Assembly (NCBI GenBank): GCA_000320545.1
Contig: ADNK01001159.1
Location: 8,104 to 72,103, forward strand
Direction of reading: 5' to 3'
DNA length: 64,000 nucleotides
Source of the DNA: Bigelowiella natans CCMP2755
Taxonomy: Eukaryota > Protista > Cercozoa
How positions within the stretch are numbered: the first letter of the stretch is position 1; every line of letters begins with the position of its first letter. Made by a program: the position numbers and the translations under genes. This document shows, one piece after another, positions 26,400-39,400 of the stretch. The notes beneath the pieces were generated by a model. That model searched no databases and had not been told where the DNA came from. It saw only the letters and a list, made by a program, of their open reading frames with translations.

Positions 26400-27768
26400 G
26401 TGCGTTTTTAATTGTTCAACGCCTTGAGTCTCTCACGCCAGGCTCATATCCGTTGCATCGTTTGACACCCGACTAGCATATAACTGATACTGTGTTTTCT
26501 GGCCTCGTTCAGATGTGGTTTGCTGCCCTTGCGAGCGCTGATAACCCGCCAGCTTGGCTATTGAGCTTTGTAATCATAAAACGAGTGAAAGGGGGGGAGG
26601 GGAGAAGAGGAGCAGGACATATATACGCACAGATAGTCACGAATAACACACTCATGATTTTGAAGAAATTACTCGCTGCAATGTCAGGTGCACGGCCTTC
26701 TGAGGGGGTCCGAAGATGTGAGTTTCACTTACTACTCACAATAGTATTATTAAGTATGGAATGCTGCTAATTTTTCGTTGTAGTCTGTCTTCTTTGAATA
26801 CAATGTATGTAGTAAAAAGTAGTTTCCCTTACAAATGTTATGAGCTTCTTTAAACGTGTAGACCGAAAATTCTATTGCATGACTACAACACCAACCATTC
26901 TTTCAATCTTATAGCCCTTTTTGTGCGTCTTTGTAAATGGACTTTGCAAGCCAAGAATCAACGTCACTGCGTTGCTGTATCATTCATGACCTTTCTTCTT
27001 GTTCTTCTCTTGTCTCTTCGTCGATGCTACTACTTTACCGTTATTGCCTTTCATAACCCAGATCTCTATGCTGTTGCAGTCCGATTACTCTGTATCGGTA
27101 GTAAGCAGCCTTTGTTAAATGAATGCTAATTACCATACAGATGGTTGTTGTTATATTTGTGTGATATTAATGTTGATGTGCCTGTGCATGATATTTCTTT
27201 GTATTACTCACTCAAACAGGATCGCATTGAGTCCGTTCAGATCTTGCAATATCGTTACCACTACACAAATTACACGGAAGAAACCAGAATTGTAGCAGAT
27301 ACTACCTCCCCCACCATAGCTCCGTCGTTCCGATATTGGCATAGAGACTCATTATCGCACTTTCTGCCCGAGCTTTCTCATTCAACTCCTGGGTTTAAGG
27401 ATTTCCTAAAACGTGCAAATCTGTGGAGCTCGAAGAAGAAACGGTTGGTATTAGAGAGAAGGAGGAGGAGGAGGAGGTGGTGGTGGGGGGATGCCTTATT
27501 TTGCTTGGATTGTGGTTTTGCTGGGTCTTTCTATGGCATTGCCAAGACTTAACGTTTGTGTTTTCCTTGTCACTTAGAAAGAAACAACGTAAAAGGCGCA
27601 AAGTTGAGGCTCAGAACAACTTTGCGGTCATAATAAGCACATTCTTACTTTGCTTAGAATTAGGTCCATGTTTGTTTTTTTGGGGAAAAACAATTTTTGT
27701 GCTATTTTATACAGGTATCAGTTCTTCACAAGATTCGTAAGGTTTTAAATTTATTCACAATTTGTTAA
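19401..27768 (+). CDS. LMF2: Lipase maturation factor 2-like ER membrane protein; many exons, microsatellite-rich introns; 3' end about 27740-27768
   Basis: TRDLFLLLMGYLFLCAFVSIYIQTPG|LFGDDGILP, GVVKLSS, HFESQCIP, QVLIILTGNYNFFNLL, VGGRPELVLE, PHQPRIDWQ|MWFAAL, YRYHYT. Confidence 0.93.
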
Positions 27769-27834
27769 AATTTAGCACCTCTCTTCTGATTTCAAGAGAC
27801 AGCGCAATGTTCACACGTATCGCTTAATTCTAAG

Positions 27835-28900
27835 GTGTCTCGCACTCGGATCGAATCGATGCTCCGTCACGAGCAAATAGTTTGGGCTGCATTGCTGACA
27901 ACCGTCCTCGCACAACTGTTGTTTGGCCGGCGCCCATCATCTCAGTGTAGTTAGTTTCTAGATTGATCACGTAGAGCATGCTAGCATGGCTTGTGCTTGC
28001 CACTGCTAACTCCTCAATGCACATGCCACTGCTACCTACAATCGAATGTTTCGCATCGCAGCAATCCAGCAATGCTGCCACAGCCACACCTAGCCAGGCA
28101 GACATGGCACGCCCGCCACACATCGCGCGTCAGCGAGCTCATTCTTTTGTGTTTTCCTCGCTCGTGGGACACTAGCGACAACTGCAACATGCGATGCCAT
28201 GCTGGCATGATGTGCACGTAGCTGCTGGGGAACTCGCACAATCTTCCATCATTTTGTGCCTCTCGTCATCTTGTGTGCAATTGAGTCACAATGCGCACAG
28301 ACCATGCGCTGAGTGTTTGGATGTTGACGTACTAGCGTGTTTGCTGTCGATGGGGGCAGCAGAGAAAAGCTGTGCGGAAGACCATTGCAAATTGACGGGC
28401 GGGTCGGACACGAAAGTCACAATGCAACACGGGTCACGTGCTGTTGGCGTGACTGTGCACACAGAAGCACAGAAGACTGAACACTGCTAGACTGTCGCCG
28501 CAAAACTGGAACGCTGAGAAGGAGCGTTGCACCACACCCCCCGAGCAAGCAATGGAAAGAGGAATGGGAAGATCTAGAGATGTCAGCACGCATGGGATCA
28601 GGCATGACAAACATGTCCATCATGGGTGTGACTTGCGTTGCACGCTTGTCATGTCCCAGAGCCAGCCAGCACTGCAAGCTAGATGTGAGAGGTCTGCCTA
28701 GCAGCAGGTTGAAAATTCTTGGAGGTTGATGCTCTCATCGAGGGACGAATCGATGGAAATTTTGAAAGTGAACATTGAACGTCGGGTTGATGCAATCACT
28801 GTCAACCACTCCTGTGCGTGTGTGCGCAACGACCCACTTGCGAAACACTGCCCATGGCTGCCAAAAAATGGAGTCGCAGTTCATCTCACGAGGAGGAGTG
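27835..28900. other. TpA-depleted, CTAG-sparing intergenic island
   Basis: From about 28340 to 28900 TA occurs only as CTAG; CATGCTAGCATG at 27977. Confidence 0.9.
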
Positions 28901-29037
28901 CCGATATCAACTTAATTTCTGATTTTTTGTCAGTCGCAGTATAAAAATCAACTGTATTTGTTTAAAATGGGCTTAGAAACAAATAAAACCATGCGATCCA
29001 GATAGTCCTTCCCCCGCCGCTTGCCAGCAGTTAGCGA

Positions 29038-30581
29038 ATGCATGTTTTTGGATGTTTCTTCCTCACGATTTTGGGCTGTAGATTGTACAAGGTGCGTGTC
29101 ATTTTGCCTCACATCGAAGGAGTAATTCCGAGGGAGTGCACACATGCGATACTCTTGGAAAACATGTGTATCAGTTCCCTAGAGGACGTTGTTATGATTG
29201 AAACATGACAGCGGCTACGATGACGGTTTAGAGATAAGGGCCTACTCGATTGTTTTGCTTGCTACCTTGTTTCCCTGTCCTCTCTCTAAGGCAATACTTT
29301 CACTTTCAGGAAGATATATTACCAAGTTGCAAGGATTCGGTCAGTGCTCGTGAGAGTTACTCGGCCTCTCTAACCCTGCCGGTTTTAGAAAGGCTTAGGG
29401 GTGGGAAAGGCGCTTATGGGGCTAAGATGAGGAGGTATAGATGCGTAAATCATGAAATATGATAACGAGTGTTTTTATAAAAACCGAATCACGCTCCAAA
29501 ACGATTTTTCGAACGATTGCATTTGCTTTAGAAGAGGGCCATCAGATACACTCCACAAGTCATAATAAACACCACGCACACAGGAATATCAAGTTCCGAA
29601 AATTCATGTATCAAGTCGATGGTGATTACTATGTCGACGATGATGGAAAGTTCCGATGGGAGAAGGAGGAGGAAGAGAAAGAGAAGGGTTTCGACAAAAA
29701 ACTTGAAAACTGGGAACGAGGTAAAAGCTTGATTTGTAAGCAGCATTAGTAACAGCACCAGTAGCAGTGGTGGTGGTGGTGGCGGCAGTAGTAATAGTGA
29801 AACAAGTTCACCAGTGTTTTTGAAAGAAACGTAGGTGGAAGCAATGTCGGTATAACCGAAATAATATCAGACCAAAAGCTTCGCAATTTCGGCAAAGAGT
29901 TCACGGAGCATCTCGCGTGTGTGGAATACAACCAAAGACTTATGGAGAAGAAGGTATGATCAGAATTAAACGGAGCTTCTGAAAACTATTTGATTGCAAA
30001 ATTCACCTTGTAGAATTAGTATGCTAAACTCGAAATTTCGCAGCCAATATCCAGATAGGCGCCATTAAAAAAATGTCATACGTACGGCCAAAAATCGCGC
30101 TCAACATTACAAAATAACAATAATGTGGCTGCGGGAACAAATAAACCGAAGATTATTTTTGCATTGTCCTCCTCCGTGGAATAAGTTATTGATGATTCAG
30201 TTCTGACAGAATTTTTGAAACGTTGCTATTCTATTACATTTCGAGCGATAATTTGAAATATCTCGATTCATGATTATCGTCAATCAGACAAAAAGCACAA
30301 AAGATCTAGAATTGCAAGGTCGTGCATATGCTGACCAGGGAGAGGAGGAAGAGGAAGAGGCAGAGGAGGAGCAAAGTCGCAAAAGGGCACGCATTATTGA
30401 GCTGAGACAAGAGCAGAAACGCGCAAAGGAAAACGAAGAAGTACGTCTTCTCAATGATAGTGACGGCGGCGACATTAAAACCAAGAATCCGCCTCGAAAA
30501 CTTACCAGCAATGACCTGGGCATCCATGTCTCATCCTCCTCCACTTCACCGTCGCCATCCTGTTCTGAAGAGGAGGAATGA
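29038..30581 (+). CDS. Hypothetical multi-exon protein with charged/coiled-coil C-terminus; start uncertain
   Basis: GT-AG-bounded exons (EDILPSCKDS; FRWEKEEEEKEKGFDKKLENWER; LRNFGKEFTEHLACVEYNQRLMEKK) and terminal ORF 30270-30581; no family recognised. Confidence 0.5.
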
Positions 30582-30819
30582 GAGATGGATCGATTGAAGC
30601 TGTATCTCAATTTCGGTCGATGTTCAGAAATGGTGAATGAGCAAAGTAGCGATATCCCTTGCTGTAGTTGTGGGTAGTGTTCTTCATACTACAGCTTTAT
30701 AGCGAGTCAACGATAAACAAAGTTTTGTCGAAACGTGGCCGTATTTTAGAAATATTGTTTAACATGTACATTTAGTCTATTACAAAGCTGCCCCCTGAGT
30801 GTGCACAGTATGTAACAAC

Positions 30820-31420
30820 AAGACTGCTAGCACGTTCATTGTTGAAGTGTTTGTCAGTAACAAGTGAAATTACGGTGCAAGAAAAAGTCATCGCACCATG
30901 CTAGCATGCACTGCGCTGTTGTTTGTTGCTGACAAACTCTAGCACTACTAGACGAACACTCGCCACCGTGCCTCACCGCGTGGTAATGCATGTGCGCTTG
31001 TCTAGTAGCATCAAAATCATCAACAGCGCTAGAGCGGTTGCACACTCTGCTAGTCGGATCCACTTGTTTGTTACTAGCTGTTGTCGCGCACGCGCTGCTA
31101 ACGTTACTAGGCCTAGCAGCAGGCTAGCTAGTAGTGCGTACCAGCCGATTTCATGCAATTGCTCTGACAGTCTAGCTCTAGAGCTAACTGTAGCACACAG
31201 CTAGTAGTGCCATAGTGCTAGAGTGCCACAGAGTTCTCCACACTAGAACACCTAGACACGCCTAGCTAGACGTGCGTCGATCACATCTAGCTAGACATGG
31301 CATACAAATCTGCGCACAACTACTAGCTAGCTAGAGGCTAGACAGCGCATGCTACTCTAGCTAGCTAGTACTTTAGGCTAGCATGGCACTACATGCTAGC
31401 ATGGTCTAGTGGTGTGCAGC
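30820..31420. other. Extremely CTAG-dense intergenic spacer
   Basis: About 27 CTAG counted in 31021-31410 (about 1.5 expected at random); two CATGCTAGCATG. Confidence 0.9.
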
Positions 31421-32695
31421 GATAGTGGCTTCGTGGACCAATTTTACGATTTGTTAATGCAACCAGACTGCACTCTTTACATATGTGCATATTTTAGCGC
31501 TTAAGCATCGATCATGCTTGGCATTGTCATCTGTTCTAGTGTTGCATGTCGACATGTTTTTCGGTGTCATTGTGTGCAAATTTTAAAAAATTTACTTGCA
31601 TCAGATTCGAAACAATATTCTTTACATTATCTTCTGTGGAGCTTTAACTCATTGTTGTTTTGCTGTTTTCATCTCGCTGAACACAATTTGACTGGACATT
31701 TGGTTAATTTTACTATCTACAATTCCACGGATTTGATTTCATTACTTTTCCCGGAATCATTATGCACAATGGCACAATGCATGGCTCATTTTTTCTGTGA
31801 CAATGATCAATATGGCTTTTGAGAAGAGCTCATATGATGCCCTCTTGAAACTTTTCGAATTTCAGGTGAAGCCAGCGGTAACCATCCTGTGAGGCAGGTC
31901 CCGAATTCTAACGGATCTTCACAACTCTGCTGAGAATTGGTAGATTTTGCTGGAAGATGCCTATTTACAAATTCGGATGCTCGCGCACGATGAGCCGCAG
32001 TAGGGATAACACGTCGTAGAAGAGATGAGAAGGAAGGCATACGAGGGTACGACTTGTAGATCACTCACACCAGGAGTGAGTTGAGATTTGAGAAAACCTC
32101 TTTCGTATAGGAAAAATACAAGGCCATTTTCCACATGAATCCCAATAATAGCTCGAATTTCGGTGAAAGGACGATATTATTCCTGGAACTTGCTTTTTTC
32201 TCTTTTTGGATAGGGTAGATCTTTCTTCTAGAAATCATCCCGAAAAGATCCACGTGACTACTGGTAGGGGGGTACTTCATTATTTATGACAAAAAGAGCT
32301 CTTTCGACTTTAGAGACAAAGAGATATCAAGGCATTTCTTATATTTCAATAAACTGTGGATGTTCCTCCACTACGACAATAACTATCTGCAGCTGTACAC
32401 CACAGTACCGAATTTAGTTAGCCCGTTCAACGAGCATGCTATCTGAAAAAGCAGCGCATACGCACTTTATTTATGCTCATTATGTTGATATATGTCTTGT
32501 CTTTGAAAAAAAATGTCAACCTTCGCATATTATCACATGGACTATGTAATCTGGAGATTGTGATTTTAGCTGTAAATCTCCTGTATTTCGCCCAAATCGT
32601 AATCACAAACGGGGATTCGTACTCGCTTGCTCCTAGGGCTTCCCCGGGACGGACATTCCAGAACGAAATCCTGAAGCTTTTCCTGAGAAATAGGA

Positions 32696-34947
32696 ATGGC
32701 TTCCCTTTATGATGACCTTCCAGAGCCTGGTAAGTTGCATCTCTTACCATCCTTATCATCGTGATACGCAGTTGTGTGAAAGGTGGAAAAACGTACTCAG
32801 GTGCTCCGGTGAAGCCTGCGGCCTATTCCGCACCAGCCTCCGTTCCACCATCGAAAACAAAGGCCAAAGCAAACCCAAAGCCCTCTCTTCCTTGGGCTGT
32901 TCCATCAAGCGGGAAGAATGCGCTCAAATCGTCTTCATTGTTAGCGGCAACTGCGAGCAAGAAAGTAGCAAGTGCACCTATTCAAAAATCTACCCCTACT
33001 GCTTCTGCTTCGTCATCAGCTTCCACGATAATTCCAGCAATGAGGTATAGATATCCTCCGAATCATTTCAAAATATTTTAATCATACATAATGTTTAAGA
33101 CCACCACCACGGAAGGCTTTGATGAACTCCATTCCGAGGGCACTAATGGCGAAAAGGAAACTTACGACTCCAAGTATTGTAGCAATGAAACGGAACAAGG
33201 TAGTGGTACTTGTGTGAAATAGACGAAACACATATATGTCTTCTATTTTATCGATTGATTGAATGTGTTGCAGGCTCAAGCGGCCAAAAAATCAGTAATG
33301 AACGTGCACGCCCCCGATAACGCAACGGACCAAAAGAGAAAGAGTAGGGATGTAGAATCACTGCTTCCTTCACACTTCTGATCAGAACGTAAACACGCAT
33401 AGGTGTAGACAGTAAACAATGGCCATTTGGTGATAAGATCCTCGATGAGTATGACCCTGCCAAGCCGAATGATTACGAGGTTCCCCACAATGTTGTAGAA
33501 AAGAATATTAGAGTTAAGCATCCTTTCATAAAATCTCAGGAGTTTGTGAAGATGAGAGAGGAAAAATTTGAGGCTGAAGAACGTGAAAGAAGGTAAAGGG
33601 ACTAAAATTGAAGACCCCATTTCCAAAAAAGACATTCTATTTTATCTGAGCACTAATTTATAGAATGGTCATGATTTGCAAATTGCCAACATACGACTGC
33701 CGGCCACCATATTTCAATACAGGAACAAAAAGACGGCTGAAAAACTTCGCAAACAGTATGAGAAGCAAGAGACAAGTAATATCCTAAAAATTCTGAGATT
33801 TATAGTTATAAACGTGTAACATACAAAAATCGCATCAAATAGGTACAGACCGTGTAGAAACGGGAGAAGAGGCATACATGCGCCGTGTCCGTATGTCTCA
33901 AAACGCTGGGATGTCTGTTGTAACACCTGCAAAAAGTAATGCTGGAGTAACAGGCGACGATGCGAAACCTTCTCGGGTTGTCCTTCTCACGAACATGGTA
34001 ATTGCATTCAAAGCCGGGGAAACAATGTATTGCTGGACATCACTTCGATTTCCTAACATCACATTATGCGCAGGTGGGGCCGGGAGAAGTAGATAATGAC
34101 TTGGCAAATGAGGTTGGAATAATTTCTTGTAATTTTTGCTCTTTTAGTCATATGCTTTGGTCGCCTGCGTACTTATCATAAGTAAACTGCTTTGGTCGCC
34201 TGCGTACTTATCATAAGTAACCTGCAACTTTGCCTTGAACGATATGCCAACGCGTTTATGTGGTAATGACCAAAAACACGATTCCATATAATATCTTTGT
34301 TTCAAACAAACTTCAGACCGCAGAGGAATGCCAGAAATATGGCCCTGTGCTCAAGTGTAGTATCACCGAGGTAGCGATCCCCCTCATTTAGTGAAACAAT
34401 CCGTTCGTCTCGCACGCGCAATTTTTATCGTCTATCGTGCATCGTGCGTAATATGCACTTCACAGCCTACCATACACATTTAAAAGAATCCCTGAGTAAC
34501 TCTTATGTGACAGTCGCCCTATAATTGATATTTATGTCTTCAATATGGCAAACAGGTTAATCGTCTTGGTGTCAAAGAGGAAGAGGCAGTGCGCATTTTC
34601 GTCGGTAGCAAATAGAATCAGGACATCACGTGCAAGCTGGGAGACAACAAAAATGAAAATAAGATGAGGCGAACAAATAACATCGGAGCTTTTGGATGGA
34701 TGCTGCGTACACATCTTAATCTACGAATTCATTTTTTATGATTGACAGTTTTCGGCACCGTCGATGCTGCAACAAAAGCACTTAAAGATCTTAATGGCAG
34801 GTTTGGTGATTGCACAAATCAACTCTCTCTCTATGACCTAACCCCGAATATTATGATACACTGAAATGTTGAATATACCTTAAGCGATATTGATCATATG
34901 CAGGTTCTTTGCTTATCGACAAGTTAGAGCAAGGTATAAACACTTTG

Positions 34948-34984
<37 letters not shown>

Positions 34985-35068
34985 TCGTCGAACACTATGT
35001 GATGAATATTATTGGTAAAAAGGTTTTTCCCGGTGGATAAATTCAATCGTAATGAATTGGAGCCTTAG
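32696..35068 (+). CDS. RBM17: Splicing factor 45 (SPF45/RBM17), multi-exon
   Basis: MASLYDDLPEP, DEYDPAKPNDYE (SF45 motif), GEEAYMRR, SRVVLLTNMV|GPGEVD, EECQKYG, EAVRIFV, KALKDLNGR|FF (UHM); stop at 35066-35068. Confidence 0.93.
34153..34222. repeat. 35-bp near-perfect tandem duplication inside an SPF45 intron
   Basis: tgctttggtcgcctgcgtacttatcataagtaa(a/c)c twice. Confidence 0.95.
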
Positions 35069-35159
35069 TGTGCGTGGACAAAGCATTTGGACTAACTGAA
35101 AACATCATTAATTTAAACATATTTGGACTACGTAACAAATTAGTAGATGCTACAGTGTA

Positions 35160-36180
35160 CATCTTGCGCTCGATGCAGCGTGCATGCATGTACGCACGTT
35201 ACGTAGAGTGCACGCGCACGTACCGCACGTCTGCATGCACGGCAGAGCAGCAGAATGAAATCTTGCTTCTGGCAGCTAATCTAGTAATGACCACCACAAT
35301 CATGCCATGGCAATGGCATGAACATTCTTCTAGCTACATGCTACGTGCATGGCTAGATGGCATCGCAGAGCGCCTGTTTAGCTGCATGCGTCGATCATCA
35401 GATCGTGAAAACATGAACCCTAGAACCCGATGTTGTCCTCCTCCGATCCACCTCCTCCATGCACTCCAGCGCCTTCTCCAGTTCTCACAACCTTGCTTCT
35501 TCCTCTAGCTTTTCTTTTCTTTTGTGAATGGAGGAAAAACTCTAGAAACTGCATGGACAATGAGATTGTGATGGGCGCATCCTGATCCGCCATGCTAGCA
35601 TGGCTGCGCAGCCATCTAGACATGTGGCGCTGTAGCTGCCGCATTGCACAGCTACATTACAAGGATGACCATAAAAAATACAATCTTTTCATTGTCCATC
35701 TCACGGACACGTGGAACATTGATTTTCCATGTCAACGACACTGGGTCAAGTTCCACGACAGTGAGTCAATGGAGCAGCTGAGAGGATCATCTAGATCATG
35801 CCAGCATGCCCAATGCCACAAATGAATGCATGGAGGATTGGAGTGTTTCCGATGGTCCTGCTGAACGAAAGAATCATCGGTCGCAAGTGCCATCTCATCC
35901 AAACTAGCAAACAATGCGAGTGACGTAGGTGTGATTGTCGAAGTCACAGTCACTGCTACAGACTGCTCTGGTACGTGCTGGCAGAGACCACCCAGAAAAG
36001 ATGATTGATCGATTCATTCGTGCTCATGTTCACATTCCAACTAAATGCGCGCACAAGCGCTGCCAACAATGAAACATGGAAACATTGAAACACTAGAATG
36101 TATGAATGAAGCGATCACATTCCCACTGCCAAGCATCCTCATCATCCTTTTCTGAACTCTTGACATTTCGCAACTAGACA
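35160..36180. other. Partially TpA-depleted, CTAG-rich intergenic island
   Basis: TA mostly survives as CTAG/CTA/TAG; 16-bp palindrome GCCATGCTAGCATGGC at 35589-35604. Confidence 0.75.
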
Positions 36181-36436
36181 AAACAAACTTTATCACTTTG
36201 TCGCACTGTGATTGCCACCTTCATTTTCCAGTTATGTAAATCGTCGGGGGATATGATGCTCATAACAGCATAGTCCTGTTACAAGAAAAACAGTAAATTA
36301 GAAATTACAACTTGGAAAAATTAATTAAACGGGTAAGTGATTGTCGCAGTATTTATAATGCACTTTACATTCAGACTGTGTGCGTACAATAAGGCCTTAA
36401 ATTTATTATCATAAATTCTCCGAATCTCAACCTACA

Positions 36437-39400
36437 ATGGCTGACAGTGGTGGACCAACGCGACGTAGTGTTGGCGCTGTGTCCCTAACTCATTTGTTTT
36501 CACACTCTAACCTACACGATGAAATTCCTTGTGTGAAAAGCGCTTGTGTCCACGCAGTAGAAGGGAAAACCATTCAAGCTTTGAATGCATTCTGCTCTTA
36601 TTCTTGTTGCAGATAATGTAGACGTCGTGAAGTCTATAGCGAAAGCAGAGAAGGAGATACAGAAGCATGGAATTTTGAAGGTCGGAAACATTATTCATGT
36701 TGGTTTATCCTACAGAGATATAAGTAACGAAAAAATCCCGCTTTGCAACCAAAGGTAAATGGAATTGTGGAGATATTAGAACATCTCTCCCAGAGCGAAT
36801 CCCCCATCCCTGTAAGGATTAAAGGAGCAGTAGGTACAAACGAATAGAGTATGCTAAGTATTCGTCCTATTACATTATGTATCGGGCCAATGCCAATAAT
36901 AAACAAATCGCCTTTTGCAGCAATGGCAAGAATATTCTTAAGGCTTTACTCTGAAGGGTCAGTAGCCAATTCAAATTTGTTTTTCGATAATGCCAAGCTT
37001 ATTCGTTATAAACACAGGCACATGAAAACAGGCCCTGTGAGATCGAGGGATGTTCAGGTCAGGCTGCTGTTTCCGAGATGTTAATTCTTGAACCCTGAGC
37101 ATTTGTATTACTACTATTAAGATCTCCATGATTCGAGGAAAAAAACGGAAAAACACTTCATCAGAATCAAAAATGCATCAGGTAAAATTCTAATGGCAAG
37201 GTTATCCCCCTGCGATCTTACAAAAAATATAATGTTCCTCCAGAAGGTCAAGGAATGGCTGGATGAGAGATACCTAGAATGCGCCGAAGTCCTGGGAGCA
37301 ATTTATTGTAGTAGTGGGATTGACGAGCGATTGCAGGTACGTCTCGAGCATGCAACCATGAGCTTTCCATTAAACTAAGGGACTGCAATTCATGACTGAG
37401 AAATGACCAAGAAAACTTTCCAATACAGACTGCTGCTTTTCACTCAGCACTGGAGATGTGCAAGATAGATGGTAATTAACAATTAGATGTTAACGGATGA
37501 TGCAATGTAATGTGAGATTATGATGATAGGGGAAAGACGGGGGAAGCTATACGAAGGAACATTCCAGAAACTTCTCATAAGGGTACTTCTTCTCTATTCT
37601 TACTGCGCGATGAAATCCAATCCTGGCGATGTGTTGCATTATTTGTGATAATACAATTCCCAGCTGTTGTGTGTCGCGTCCCTGCCAAAAGCTCTATTAG
37701 ACCACTTTGACTCAAAGTAATGACTTTTTTTGTGTGTAAATTCGCTGGTAAAATGAGAGTTCATCTGTATTCTACCAGGTTCTTAAGATACATCGATGTG
37801 AGCAAGGACACTTTTAAAGTATTCACACCAAATGAATTGTATTCTAGTCGAGGAAACTAAGTATTCACGTCACCGACATTCATTAGGTCTTAAAAGCTGC
37901 ATTGTCGTCAAGCGAAGCTCTAGAAAAGTCTATTTCTTGTTCTGTGACGTCGTCGGAACATGAAGATGGCCATAATGAAAATGATAAAAAATCCTTGTCT
38001 AGTAACAAAACTGAGATCTTGAAGAACAACTTCTTGGGGAACGCAACAGGATTGTTACTGCGGATGTCGGATGCTAAAAACCAATTCCGCTATCAAGGTC
38101 CTTCAAACTCTCCTCCCTTAATACACAAAAAATATGTTTTCATGTGTTTTGTGTTATGTAGGCGGGGAAAAGTACCTTGATGATAGTAAGATTTCATCGT
38201 TAGACCATTCAAAAAAAAGGAGGAGAATATCTGGAATCGAACAGGAAAATGGTAAATTATATAGAGAATAGCAACAGTGAGAAAGGAAGAATATAATTTA
38301 ATCAGGCTGAGGATAACGCATTTCATGCATTAGTCATCATCATCATCTTCACTAGCTGAAACACGTCAACACAGGTATTTTGGAAGATATGAGAGACTAC
38401 GCCAAGGTTGTTCCGAAGATAAATTTAGACCGCGAAAAACTCTACTTGCCCCCAACATTTCTACCCATTATAATCGTTGTGGTCTTGTGAATATTATATA
38501 GGCCTTGTCGCAGGCTTGGTTAGCGCTCTTCAAGCATAGGCTTCCGACATCCTCATATGAACAAACCCTGAAATGTATGAAAGATACAATCCTTCCAAGG
38601 TGAGTTATGCCTCGTCCTTGTCTATTTGGAAGCTAAGTGCTTATGGAAGTTGCTGGCTCCTACTATGCATTGATGGAAATTCGTGTTGTCTATTTTGTAT
38701 AATGTGTAACGTAGGATCGAGCAACCAATATTGATGTTCGATTTCTTGAAGGTCTGATGCTGTGACACATAAAGAAGCATGTTTTTGTGGAATCATTTCG
38801 TGGAGCAGTGTAAAATCAAGCATCAATCAAGCATCTATATGTTTCAATTATTGATAGTCATCATATTGCCGCATTGCCAATTACCAAAACAGGTACGCAT
38901 TTCTTGATCCTTCATTAATTCAAACAGGATAGTTACGATATCGGAGGTTTCGTGTCATTGCTAGCCCTGGAAGGGTACTGTCTTATGCGTTCTAACAAAA
39001 TGCTAATTATGGTGAAGGTGATGGCTTTTTCTTTTGTTTGCTACAGATTGTTCATTCTTATGCAGAAGCATAATCTCGATTATCCTGATTTCTTTCCAAA
39101 GTTATATCAACTCCTTACGATAAAGGTATTGCATCGTTCAAAATCGTGTATTGCAGCCATAAAATAGAGATCAGAAAGCGAATACAATAGAGTAACTTCA
39201 GTTCCAGGAGAATTAATCCTTCTATGCTCTACTCTATTTTTCCTCATCAGAATCTTCAAAGTTCTGCGTGTGACCGTTTCTTTTCGCTGCTGCCTTTGTT
39301 CCTCAAATCTTTCAAGCTGCCTGCCTACATGGTTGCAGCGTTTGCCAAAAGGTTGTGTCCCTCCCCTATTCAAGTATATTTGTTGCTAATAATTTACCGC

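Noticed and set aside
31500-32560. Possible minus-strand gene divergent from SPF45 (fragment EIRAIIGIHVENGLVFFLYER, faintly chromo-shadow-like)
   Set aside because: No consistent exon chain could be built and there is an in-frame stop just upstream
34153-34222. 35-bp repeat with internal palindrome as a CRISPR-like array
   Set aside because: Only two adjacent copies, no spacer, and located in a eukaryotic intron
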